A stretch of DNA of 63,040 nucleotides, filler included, from Reticulomyxa filosa (lineage: Eukaryota > Protista > Foraminifera), in the NCBI GenBank assembly GCA_000512085.1. It is 23 parts of 23 records of this genome, joined end to end, with 100 filler letters (N's around TTAATTAATTAA, not from the genome) between each part and the next. Parts side by side here need not be neighbours in the genome. Positions count along the whole stretch, not along the records: positions 35,657 to 42,272 come from ASPP01028835.1; positions 42,373 to 45,668 come from ASPP01008363.1; positions 45,769 to 46,804 come from ASPP01038815.1; positions 46,905 to 53,196 come from ASPP01005125.1; 19 more parts are not named here. One strand, 5' to 3'. Both the position numbers and the translations under genes were made by a program. Positions 38,601-51,285 of the stretch are shown here, in pieces (the stretch's first letter is position 1; every line of letters begins with the position of its first letter). The notes below the pieces were generated by a model that was given only the letters and a program-made list of their open reading frames with translations, was not told the origin of the DNA and ran no database searches.

Positions 38601-40685
38601 TTGTCTTTGTGGTCTTGTTTCTTCTCATCATACAAAGTGAGAAACATGCCGCAAATAGGCTTGTCTGGCTCCAGCAACGAAAGAGACGACTCCCAGAGCT
38701 GGAACCATCCTCGACGGGACTGGTACATGTGCAAGCTAATGGAACATGCGTGAGGAAGAGGGGGATCTCTTGTGTGATTGGCATTGGTGGAGATGCAAAG
38801 GAAACGACGAACACGATCGTCCCAAACAAAAGCCAAGAGCTTCGAGGAGGAGGAAGAGGAAGAGAGAAGAAGAAGAAGAAGAAGAAGAAGAAGAAAAGAG
38901 GGAATAGACAAGTTGAGGAGGATCATTACATGTGTGCGAATCCAACATTCGTCCATAATCGAATATAGCCAAACGGCCACTCTGACACTGTGCTGCAAAC
39001 ACATGGAATTGCAAGGACGGGTGTCTTTGAAATGCCACAATGGGGTCATTTGGCACACACCCACCCAACATTCGATTGCAGACAATGTGCGGTGTGTTCA
39101 TGTCGATAGTGAAATGGGCCAGTACTCCGCAGTTGAAGAACGCATACCACTCGATACACACCGGAGACAATATCGACGAGAACGAGGAGCCATTGGTAGT
39201 CTTTGGGAGACACACTCCAGTTTTGGAATCGAAGAAAAAACCCAAGCCCCGCGAATTCACCGTGTGACTTAAACGATTCATTATCCCGTGCTCAATTTGC
39301 ACAAATTCGATCATCGCCGACTTGCTGCAGTTCAACGACACCAAGTTCGACAGAAAGTGCACGCCGACGTTCCCCAGCTCGTCCAGCGTCATCAGCCACA
39401 ACGAGTCCATCCAGTCGTCCATTGCAAACGACTGCTTGAACGAGGAGATGTCGCGGATCACGTTCAACAATATGCAAAAACCTACGTATCGGGTCTTCTC
39501 TAATGTTTCGATGCATCGAAAATAAAAATAATTGGGAGTTTTTTTTTCTTTTTTTTCCAAAGTGTCGTTATTATTGTTATTGTTATTGTTATTGTTATTG
39601 TTATTATTTCGGTGGTATACAAACATGTCTTCGTTTGAAAACACTTCATTCCAAATATTAATTGCACCATTTTGTTGTAATGCAATTAATATCACTTGAC
39701 CGCATGTTCGGTACCATTGACAAGTCACAACTTCAGATTTTTGATTTTCCCAAGACCACATTCCCAAATACCATGTTTCTTCTTCTTCTTCTTCTTTTGT
39801 TTTAGTTTTATTATCATTATCATTGGTATCATTATTATTATTATTATTATTATCATCATCATTGTCAACACCATCATCATAGCTATCATATGGACTCACT
39901 TTTTGAATTTCATGCCTCCTTGACATTGACATAGAAGACTGCCTTCTCCAAATAGGGATGTTCGTTGCCTCGCTATTCTGATTGGGAACGTGGACATCAT
40001 TGGAAGGATGGGAGGGGTCGGGCCATCCTGCTTTCAACTTCAACACGTGCAAATGCTGGAACGAGTCGATTACTGCAATCCACCAAAAGGAAGAGGTCGC
40101 CTTGATTTCAATCGTTTCAATTCTGTTGTTTTTCATGCGCGTTTGCTTGCTGTTCATATTGTTGTAGTAGCTTGCATATTTTGGATTTGTGTGTTCCCAT
40201 TCCAATGTAATTCGACGACTTCGAATATTTATGTCATCCTTGCCTGTTCCATCCAGCTCTTCGTGATATTTATCGATTAGGTCTTTCACCGGACACACCA
40301 TTATTTCATTCGACTTCACAAGTACCACACCATTGCCCTTATTGAAATAACGACCTCCTCTCACTTCTTTTTCTCGCACTACACATTCCAGACGTACTTC
40401 ATGGTCAAACACTCGATATAAGTTCACATATGCTGCTGTCACCACTAATAACTCATTATTGTATCCATTGATCTCACTTATTTTTTCTTCCAATTCGATT
40501 GTGTTTAGCACTTCAAATCGATCATCCAATATCACCACACTATTTCTTTCATTTACGTATGCCTAGCTCCCCCCCCCCCAAAACATACCAAACGTACACC
40601 AAACATACCCCCCAAACAGGGCCTTTACTCCCAACGTGTCGTCCATATTAGTACTCAACTGCAAATGTTCTTTTTGGTGAGCCAT
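35657..40685 (-). CDS. DmX-like / Rav1 (RAVE complex, rabconnectin-3 alpha) protein, 3'-partial, several indels
   Basis: Rav1p_C signature FALHSQCQDTLL..LGVGYWL..KNPSDALLWYLLLNKK..FSKDFS..ARGNAFKLQGKRDF..AFWLLSGD..LEDPHLALLIARY, preceded by beta-propeller-like sequence. Confidence 0.9.
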
Positions 40686-41171
40686 GTGAAGCTAAAAAGG
40701 TGCTTTTCTTTGGGTCATCTGGAAATGATGAAAAGCTGGAATAGAGCTTTCCTGTGATTCGTTGCATCAACGTGTTGCTTCGTTTTTTTTTTTATCTTGC
40801 GGGCCAAAAAAAAACTGTCTTTTTTTTGCGACTGTTAGTACTTCTTTTGTCCACTGTCAAGAAAGGATTGGGATATAAAATATGTAATTTTTTTTTTTAA
40901 AAGAGCATGCTTTTTCCTTCTAACTTGCATGCAATGTTTTTTTGATGCTTGAAAAACTTGTACTGTCAAAATTATAACGCTTTTATTCTATGGCACAAGA
41001 GGCAGTCTGCGATTATTTACAAGCGCGGAGAATACAATAGCCTCTTTTGAGATTTAATTAAAAAAAAAAATTCTTTATTTTTAAGAAAAGTTTTGAGCCA
41101 TCAACCTAAAAGCAAATATATATGTATATGTATATGGCCCCACCTTGGCAAATTCCATCTTCTTTTTGGTC

Positions 41172-42240
41172 TCATCCCCACAAGCGAAATGTTCCATCAT
41201 ATGAGCATGATGCAATTAGATCATTATCTGGGGAAAACTCTGCCCCTGTTATGCCTCTTGAATGTCCTTCCAATTTCTGAATTTCCTTTCCCAAGATCAA
41301 GTCCCACAATCGAATTGTTTTGTCCCATGAGCAAGACAAGATTTGCAATCCATTTGCTGAAAATTGTGCCGATCTCACCCAGTCGGTATGTCCTTCCATG
41401 GTTCGTATCTCGGTTCCCGAGGCAACATCCCACAATCGAACAGTTTGATCTTTCGAGCAGGAAACAATTGTATCGCCATCAGGAGAAAATGTCACTCCAA
41501 ACACCCCATCCGAATGGCCAATCAACTCGAGCAGAGTTGAATATGAGCTTACATCCCATATTCGGATTGTGGAGTCATACGAAGCAGATACAAGTAATTT
41601 GCCATCCGGTGAAAATTTTACTTCTGTCACAACTTGTGAATGTCCCAGCAATTCGTTTAACTGTATTCCAGATTCGACATCCCATAAGTGAATTACCTTA
41701 TCCCACGAACCCGACACAAGAAGTTGGCCATCGGGTGAAAAGTGTAATGTCGTAATCCCATAATATTCTTGCATCTGTTGCAACTCTTTTCCTGATGCCC
41801 AATCCCATATTCGAATTGTGCAATCTTCTGAGCAGGAAGCTATCAAATCCCCATTTGGTGAAAATTGCGCATCGGTCACCTCGCGGAGGTGTTGTCCTAG
41901 TGATTGGATCTCACATTCCAATGCCACATCCCAAATCCGTATTGTTCCATCACTGCAAGACAGCGCTATTTGTTTGCCATTTGGTGAAAATCTTACATTC
42001 AATAGCTCTTCTTCGTACCGTCCAATAATACGTCCGTGCTTGAAATCCTTCGCCTATTGCAATTTGTAATTCCAACACAATTCAATCAAACCAAACAATA
42101 ACACATGACATTAATATGCATTTCAATATATAAAGGGACTTAGCATATCGCTGAATGATTTTATTGAATTCATTAATCCATCCAAAATGAACTGATACAA
42201 TACAAAGCCATCTTTCCACTATTATTTGCACCACACGTAA
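41172..42240 (-). CDS. WD40-repeat protein
   Basis: About 7 regular GH..FSPDG..S.S.D.TIRLWD repeats. An upstream exon reads ..HFGWINEFNKIIQRY. Confidence 0.92.
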
Positions 42241-42689
42241 TGTCTTTCATTTATTTTTTGATTGATTTATTTNNNNNNNNNNNNNNNNNNNNNNNNNNNN
42301 NNNNNNNNNNNNNNNNTTAATTAATTAANNNNNNNNNNNNNNNNNNNNNNNNNNNNNNNNNNNNNNNNNNNNGTTTAGCCTTGGAGTACTGTAATGGGGG
42401 ATGAAGGAAGAATTACGGTAGGTTATAGAATTTATGACATCAATAAAATATTTGCCGTTTCAAAACAAATATTTGAGTTTTTGCCAATCTGTTTTTCATA
42501 ATATCCTTTGAAATTGGAAGATTAATTAGTCCTCAGAATGCAGAAAAAAATTCTGAATTATTTTAAAGCAAGATAAAATGGTGTCCAAAACGTAGATAAT
42601 ATACTAAGACATCAAAGTCGAATAGTTTTGCTCCCCCTTCAAACAGGAAGGGTAGTAAAAAAACAAAACAATTTATGCAATCAACATTA

Positions 42690-44890
42690 ATTATTCAAAA
42701 GAAAGACGCAGAAATAAAGTAAAAGAGTACCTTCAGACAACATACTTGCAATACGATCCAATACTAGATAGGCAATTCGGTACAATGAGATCCTTGACAT
42801 TGGCATGAATATGACAAACAACAAAGCAACATTCCTAGACAGCCTACCAAATGAATTAATTGGCCTATTAGCAAAGACAGTTCCAAATGAGATTACAAAA
42901 TTGATAAACATGTTATGTGAAGGACAAGACTTATCAAATAAATGGCTAACATCCAAAATGGTTAGTTTACTAAAAAAGGACGTGGTTGTGGATTGCAATG
43001 ACATTCGTGGAATCAGAATTAAATCGTCTATATTGTCGATTCTTGACAAAGCAACACTAAATAGGATCTGGCCAATACTGGAGCGAGTAATCTATAAAGA
43101 ACAATGAGGTTTTATGAGAAACAAAGGCATTGATGATAACATAGGTATACTAAGAATAATAACATATTATAATAAATTCATAACAAAAAGAGAACTTATA
43201 AATATATTGTTGGATATTAACAAAGGTTCGATAGCGTTTGGCATGATGACCTAATGTACAAACTGCACAGCGTCGGAATAAGAGGTAGAATATTCCAATT
43301 ATTATACTCCATAATAACACGAAGCAAATTGATAGTGACACACGGCGATTGGTGCTGTAAGCCCTTCCATATAAAAGCGGGAGCAGGACAGTGATATTCA
43401 TTGATCGGACCTTTATTCAACATATATATAAATGACATTAGCAAAACAGACAAATACGTATACAATATAAAGATGACGATCTGTCTTCTGTATGCTGACG
43501 ACATATTGATATTATCGAACAGTATGGATGAAACGACGAAATATTGAAAGTGGTCCAAAACTATTGCAGCAAATGGAAAATCAAGATAAACACAAACAAA
43601 AGCTTTATATCATCATCCAAAAAAACCATCCAACAAATCAAACAGCACAGAAAATAATGGACATAACAGAGATATCGCAGGAATTCACATAACTAGGAGT
43701 GAAATTTAACGCTAACACAATCTCATGGAAGGGACAGAGTTGAAAAAACCAAAGCTGTAGTATACCAAAGCATCGCGTTAGGAATAATTGGAGGGCCTAA
43801 ACTTAAAAAATCAAATAAAATTTTACAAAACAGTTATCAGATCTGTCATTGAATACGGCCTCAGGACAATGCTGATACGTAAAACAATGATAGCAAAACT
43901 GGACAGCCTGCAACATCTGACATTGACAAAAATGTTAGTCACATAAATCACATCGCACAAACCAGCAGTGAGAATACGATTGGAGTACCCCCAATCCAAG
44001 CACGAAATAAAATTTTGTTATTATCATGTTGGCTCGATTTGTTGAAGAAGAGTAGTCTGGCGGGTAGGATAACCCGAGCAGAGTATGAAGCCATTAAGTT
44101 GCAAATGGACGAACACATTAATATGATCAAGGCGAACAAAAAGTTGAAAGCCAACTTCAATGTTGAAGTGATGGCAATAATGTTTGAGCATGATCTACTG
44201 CAACATTGGCGAAACCCACCCACTTGTATGTCAAAAGACCATTAGTAAAAAAGAAGATATACCAGGATAGCTATGTAAAGGACTTACGAGAAATTCAAAG
44301 GAGAAAGAATACCAAACATTGGTAGACATGATAAAAGGATTAATCAGAACTTGGACCCATATAAACCATTGGTAATGGAGCTCCTGGGGATGATAGAACA
44401 AAGTTTCCAAAAAAAGTTTTTTAGATTGATGGTGGGAAACCCAAAGTTCAACTGGCGTGCGGGAAATGCAAAAAATGAACAAGATAATGCATTATTGAAA
44501 TGGGAAAAATGTAATTGGTGTAATAGAAGATGGAAAAACCCGATTAAACACGTACTATACAAATGCAAAGCATTAGTAGAATACAGAATGATAGCAATGA
44601 AGGAGCAAATGGAAGTACACAAGTGGCAATAATTGGAGGAATGTTCAGTATAGATGGACTGATAAAATTTTGCGAAGCAGCATTTACGGACAGTATTATG
44701 ATATAGAGCAAATAATGGGAAACAGATAGAACCCAAGACATTAAGTGCAGAGAATGGTACATGAGAACAAGGATAGCTAGGGAACACAAAAGAGGTAAGA
44801 GCAAGTATTTTAGATAGATAACAATAGGTTTGGCTCTGTCAAAGGCAGAAATTAATGGAAGCAGTAGTGAACATTGAAGAGTTCATGTAA
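42690..44890 (+). mobile_element. Decayed non-LTR retrotransposon ORF2 (reverse transcriptase + C-terminal CCHC)
   Basis: EQ*GFMRNKG, LFNIYINDI, LLYADDILIL (YADD at 43491..43502), KTVIRSVIEYG, and CNWC..PIKHVLYKC. Many frameshifts and stops. Confidence 0.9.
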
Positions 44891-46194
44891 AATAATAATT
44901 TTTCTTATTTTTTAAAAATAAAAAGGGGGTGAGACTCGACATATGAACTTATTTTTGAAAGTGAAATAACCTGGTACGAAGACATAGCACCAGTTGGAGT
45001 GTGATTTTTTCTTAAAGCATTTTTTCGTTTTCTTTTTCTTTTTTGCTATTTATTCAAAAAATCTTTAAATCTAAATCTAATAAAAGGGGTAATAAAAAAA
45101 ACTCTTGATCGTATATACATATATAAAAATCTAGATACAATTTTTGCTGGCGTATTATGAAACTATACGAAAAACTGTTATTGAAAAACGTTTTCGTTGC
45201 ATCTTATGTATTCGATGTTCATCCTTTGAACTTGAGTTCTTTTTTTTGACAAAACTCTTTCGTTAGCTAAATTTATGCACTAGAGGTGATATTGACTATG
45301 AAACTCTTGAAGGAATTGTAAAATTGTTATTCCTTTTTTTGGGCAATAGAACTCGCCAGTCTTTTCCGGAAGGTGATACTGTTCACGAAAAGATTACAGC
45401 ATGCAGTGGTAATACTATTAATAGTTGCACAGAGATGTTGTTAAGCAAAACTTTACATAAGCTTGTCACAACTAGTAATTTGAAATCATTCTCATGTACA
45501 AACTGAGAATAACATAAATATATCGCAATATTTAATTGCTTGTCTCGTTTGTTCTACAAACAACTAAAGAGTATCATTATTCTGGCAACGAAAGATATTC
45601 AGTTTTTTCTTTCATGCAAATAATATGATAATATGATAGTATGATAATATGATGACATGATAATATCANNNNNNNNNNNNNNNNNNNNNNNNNNNNNNNN
45701 NNNNNNNNNNNNTTAATTAATTAANNNNNNNNNNNNNNNNNNNNNNNNNNNNNNNNNNNNNNNNNNNNCTCAATCTTATTTCTTTAATTCAGCTTAATAC
45801 CTTTCTTTTTTGGATTAGTAATCCACTTAACCTTTTTTTCTTGAAATTGAGATTCCTATACAATATCTTTTTTTGCTTGTATGATTTTTGAACTTTATTT
45901 TCAATTCTTCTTTTGATATTATCGAATAACTCAACACAAAACATGTTTCCAGTGTTGAAAATAGGTTAAAGTTTAGCAACGTTTGTCTTTTATTAAAAAC
46001 GTATTTTTAAAATGAATTGAAAAAAATCATAACATGTGTTGAAGATGTGTTTACAATTTCTTTTCTAACAGACAATACTGGTTTCTTTAGTAATTTACAA
46101 AAAAAAATAGCGATGACAACTTTAATAAAAGGATATGCTTAACAAAAATTGTAAATTCAAAAATTTCATTCTCCCAAATATGAATTGAACCATT

Positions 46195-46720
46195 TTATAA
46201 ACCATAACATAAATTAGTATTGCAATTTTCATTATTCTTTCTTTTATTTTTCAATAATACAATTTTAACACAAAATTTTTCTTTTCCTTTGATCAAATAT
46301 AATTGATTTTTATTTGATCGAATATCATATGATTCAGAACAAATCGTATATCCATTACTATCAATACTATTTCTTTTTTCATTATTGTTATTATTGCTTT
46401 TCAATGATGAAATATCCATATGTCAGACACTATCTTGATGTTCACTGAAAATATGTAAATTTGGATGTTTCAATATCCCAGCAACAAATCGTTTTGTCGT
46501 GTGATCCAGAACATAAATATTGACAATCATTAAATGTGAAAATTCAATACAACAAACATCTTTAGTTCATTGAATATATTCAATTGTTGATTATTTTTGA
46601 TATCCCAGAAATGGATTGTGTTGAAGACAAATAACATTATGACGACTATTATGGTAGTGATACGGTTTAATGATATAGCAAAAATCAAAATTGCAAACTA
46701 TGATAGTAGTTTAATTTGAT
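46195..46720 (-). pseudogene. Degenerate WD40-family pseudogene
   Basis: Remnants VCCIEFS and SSLKSNNNNN..NGYTICSESYD, interrupted by stops and frameshifts. Confidence 0.6.
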
Positions 46721-46765
46721 TATGTTTGAAGAAAAGTATTTTTTCGACAAACAATTTAAAAGCTA

Positions 46766-46804
46766 CAGTAGGTTGCAAAGAAAACTGAACGCCTAAAACG
46801 ATAT
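46766..46804 (+). mobile_element. End of Tc1/mariner-like element (copy 4), cut by contig end
   Basis: TA|CAGTAGGTTGCAAAGAAAACTGAACGCCTAAAAC, almost identical to the start of the copy at 1660. Confidence 0.65.
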
Positions 46805-46904
46805 NNNNNNNNNNNNNNNNNNNNNNNNNNNNNNNNNNNNNNNNNNNNTTAATTAATTAANNNNNNNNNNNNNNNNNNNNNNNNNNNNNNNNNNNNNNNN
46901 NNNN

Positions 46905-46939
<35 letters not shown>

Positions 46940-46952
46940 AATCACACGATAG

Positions 46953-48498
46953 GTGTTTGATGGAGTCCCGGTCGGGGTCAAGGACGAATATCAAGTAAAG
47001 GGCTACTACAGCACATACGCAACCACGTTTCGAGCGGGCTTGGAAGGTATTCAATACGAAGACGATATTGTGGTGGAACGTCTACGTAAACTCGGTGCTA
47101 TCATTTTCGGGAAATTGAACATGCAGGAAATTGGCATTGTTGCCAGCTCGGTGAATCCTAACTTTGGAAACATTTTCAATCCTTATGGCAAGGATTTACA
47201 CAGAGAAGCTGGTCCATTTCCATTCTTCTTTTTTTTTTTTTTTTTTTTTGGGGATTTGCAAATGCTCAAAGTGCTTTTCAGTAAAGGCTTTGTGTTTAAA
47301 ACACAATAGGTGGCAGTAGCAGCGCTTCTGGAGCGGCCGTGGCAGCGGGTCTGCTTCCAGTTGCATTGGGCGCGGACGGAGGTGGCAGCATTCGCATTCC
47401 AAGCTCTTTGAATGGAGTTGTAGGCTTGTCCGCCACCTTTGGACGTGTTCCGCATGTTGATTATGGATGCTGGTCGCACGTGCACAAAGGTGCGCTCACT
47501 ACGACGCTACGCGATCAAATGCTGACGTATTATGCGATCAGTGGCGCAATGGATGACAATGTGGTCTCTCAAACGAGTAAATCGGCAACAAATCCACCCA
47601 AACATTTTCATGGCTTTCAGAACGCGAATGCGTTGTCTGATGTCACTGTTGGAATTTGGTGGGATTGGTTTGCGGATGCAGATCCACAAGTTTGTTATTT
47701 TTGTTGGATCACTCAACAAGCAAAAAAAAAATAAAACAACACAACAACAAACACAACAACAACAACAACATTGTTGTGCTGAATGATTGCTACTCTTACA
47801 GGTCGTTAAACAATGCGATGACGTTGTTCGAACGTTGAAAGAACATTACAATGTAAAAATCAAAAATTACACAATTGATCATTTGAAAGAGATTGTTAAA
47901 AGCCATCAGTACGGAATTCTCACTGAATTTGCTGCAGGTTTGATAACTGCTTATTTAAACAAATACAAATGCAAATACACATAATAATAACGACAAACAC
48001 GTAGGGGTTCTCAAATTTTCTCGAGATCAACGTCCTTTCCTACCCAATACTCAATTGTTGTTAACACTTAGTGAATCATTCAAAGCATATACCTTTGTTA
48101 ACTCTCAAAAATTACGTACTTATGCTATGAAACAAATGGATCACATTTTTTATGAATTAGGAATTGATGTGTTGTTGACACCAGCTGTACCGATTAAAGT
48201 ACCCTATTTAACAGAGGCAGTTCTACAAAGTCAATCAGGAGAAAGTGATGTCGTTAAAACAGATGCACTGATGCGTTACATGTCCTTAAGTAACTTTGCT
48301 GGATTACCGTCTCTTGTGTTGCCTGTTAATTATACTCAAGATGATTATAATGATGATTCGTTGCCTGTTGGTATTCAAATCTATGGTTATTATTGGAACG
48401 AACACATTTTATTCCGTGTTGCAAGTGCCATTGAACAAGAATTTTACAAAGGAACTAAAAAATTTCCTGCACATAGAGTGGTGTATAAAGGGTTGTAA
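46953..48498 (+). CDS. Amidase-signature enzyme (fatty acid amide hydrolase-like), 5'-partial, at least 4 exons
   Basis: [10 protein letters not shown] (Lys), [21 protein letters not shown] (cis-Ser), [14 protein letters not shown] (nucleophile Ser), [21 protein letters not shown]. Confidence 0.92.
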
Positions 48499-49503
48499 TT
48501 TTTTTTCAAAATTAAAACAATTCAATTAAGAACTTTAATCAACTTTTTTTGTTGCAGATTTACTAAATGATAAACTATAAAAAAGTAAAGATTAATGTTT
48601 TTCTACAAACAAAACATTATTATATCAAAATAAATTCATTGATCAACACGTGGCAAACTATACATTATCAATTATTTTTGAGCAATTAGTTATTAGAAAT
48701 GACTACATCGTAGTATCTTCATGTAAAAGATAATTACATGTTAACATATACAGACTCATAATATAAACAAAGTATTTTTCAATTATTATTGAAAATAATA
48801 ATAAAAAAAAATGTTGTTACCTTTCTGGACATTTTTCACATTTTTCTGCAGTCGACTTCTTGGACAATCTCAGAATTAAAAAATTACTTTCAATTGCTTT
48901 AAAAATAGAAAAAGAGACAAATGATGAAAGACAAAAAAATAAAAAATCCGGAACTAGACCCTTTTTAAGAAAACATAAATTTCATCACAATTTTGCATTT
49001 TCAAAAAAAATAAATTATATTGAATTATTTTGTATTAAATTTATGTCAAATCAAAATCGACCAAACAATCAATTGAAAAATGTGGTTACGAGGGGTAGCG
49101 CAGTTCCATTTTTTTTATTTTTGCATTTGTAATGATTGCCTGTTAACAGCAAACCACAACGACTTTGCTCTCTGCTTTCTCTTGTTAGGAAAATATGACT
49201 TCTCATATACACGAGAAAAGTGTTTTTAATACGACAAATGTTATGTGTCGATGTAATTTTATGATATCTTTAATTTTAATAATATATAATTTCAATAATC
49301 AACAATAAATCCAGATGTTACCAAAGATTGCAAAGAGTACTTGAATAAAATCGTGGATATATTGTTCTTCATGAAGAAGATAATAGATACTTATTGGAAA
49401 ACATAAAACATTATTATGAAATAAAAAGATAACTTTTTTTTTTCAAATGTGTTAGACACTGATTTTAAAGAAAGAGGAAATAAAATTGTGATTATTATTT
49501 TTG

Positions 49504-50825
49504 TTATAAATTAGAGATGTTTGGCATAGAATCATAAACACATCGAAAACCCAAATTACCAGTACTTGAATCAGGTTCAGCATGAGATCTACCTGCACAA
49601 CGATATCTTCTACAAGTAGTTTGATGACACATATAAGAACCTCCTTTCATAACATGATCTCTTCCAGATGTAGGTCCTTTAGGATCTCTTAATCTTTTAT
49701 TTTTTTCAGGTAAAATAGGACGAGCAGTAAAAAAATCCCAAACCCATTCCCATACATTACCAGTACAATCATATAAACCATAACCATTAGGATGAAAAGA
49801 TCCTACAGGTGCAGTAGCATTAAATCCATCTTTACCATCATCAAATGAATAAGGTGTTCCAGTAAATATATTCATCATATAATTTAATTTATCATTATTA
49901 TTATTACTATTATTTGGATACATATCATTTCCCCATGGAAATTTTTTCTTTTCTAAACCTCCACGACAAGCATATTCCCATTCTGCTTCAAATGGTAAAC
50001 GTCCTCCTCTAAATTTACAATATTTAATTGCATCTGTCCATCCAATATGAACAACAGGATGATTTAACATATTATTAAAATTACGATCAGGACCAAATGG
50101 ATGACGAAAATCTGCTTTTGGAACAGGTATCCACCATGGTGCATTTTGTACTGCATTATTTATTTCATTACTTACTTCTTTACTAACTAATAAATCAAAT
50201 ACAAATGACCAACCATATTTCTCTGCTTCTGTTTGACCTATTCTTCAATTTTATATAATAAAATAATTTATATTATATATATATATATATGTATATAATA
50301 TACATTATATATATATATATATATATTCATTCATTTCTTGCCTTTATTTTTTTCCCAATATTCTAAAAATTGTCCATTTGTTACTTCACATTTATCTATA
50401 TAAAAATCTTTTGAAATTTTTATTTTTCGAAATGGTGATTCTCCATCATCTTTATATGATTCATCATCTTCTGATCCCATCCAAAATACACCATTCTTTA
50501 TTTTTACTACTCCACAACCAAAACCATTTGTTTTCATTAAATTATTTCGTATTTCACTTGGTATCTCCTTTATTGATTCATACGCAGAATCTTGATATTC
50601 ATTCAATTCTGGAAATTCTGCGTATGGCATTTGCTCATTTAAATGTGGAGACGTTTTCTCTTTTTTTTTATCGTTAGATAATTTACTTTGCTCGTCGCGT
50701 GAAGAAGTTGCTTGACAAGACGAACATTCTTCGGTTTCGTCAATCACTTCTAAGTCATCTTCATTGGTTGTAGTACTGTGGCTTAACGAGGCCAAACAGA
50801 TCAAGAAAAATAAGAATTTCAACAT
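49504..50825 (-). CDS. SUMF1: Formylglycine-generating enzyme (sulfatase-modifying factor 1), 2 exons
   Basis: Signal peptide; FWMGSED..DGESP..EVTNGQF; HPVVHIGWTDA; RLPFEAEWEYACRGG; GNVWEWV; KGGSYMCHQTTCRRYRCAGRS with both catalytic Cys; NLGFRCV. Confidence 0.93.
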
Positions 50826-51285
50826 GCACACTAACTAGGTTGACAACGAATTTTCCCTGTGGCATAACAACAAAAATTTTAAAACACTGCTGAAAATGCT
50901 TAGAGCATTATTTTATTTAAAATCATAAACTTGTGATCAAAAATACAAAAAGCTTTTGCGCTTTTAGTCAATTTTTCTTACCTTCAGTCGCTATGATTTT
51001 ATGTCGGATTAGACTTGTATTTCAAAATGTTTGTCAGAATGATTGGAATGAATTTTTCAAATGATACATTAAAATTAAATTAAATTAAAATAATGACAAA
51101 AAGAAATTGTCAAATCAACGAAAAAATGTTAGCAAAAAACAAAAATAAAACGAAAATAAATGAAAAGGCTATAAAATAAGTATTAAAGTTATCAACGAAT
51201 AAAGTAAATACATTCTAATCAATAAAGAAACTTAAAAAAGTACTTTTAATTTCTTTAAAAAAAAATATGTACAAACAACCGTTTT

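Noticed and set aside
41172-42002. Bacterial contamination suggested by very regular WD40 repeats
   Set aside because: The contig has spliceosomal-type introns and carries the eukaryotic DMXL gene.
45620-45668. 8-bp tandem repeat (ATATGATA)n at a contig end as a telomere
   Set aside because: Degenerate, short and without a G-rich strand; an ordinary minisatellite.
46953-50825. Alternative genetic code or stop-codon readthrough
   Set aside because: Conserved genes (amidase, SUMF1, tubulin, ADK) have no in-frame stops within exons; stops occur only in introns, transposon relics and pseudogenes.
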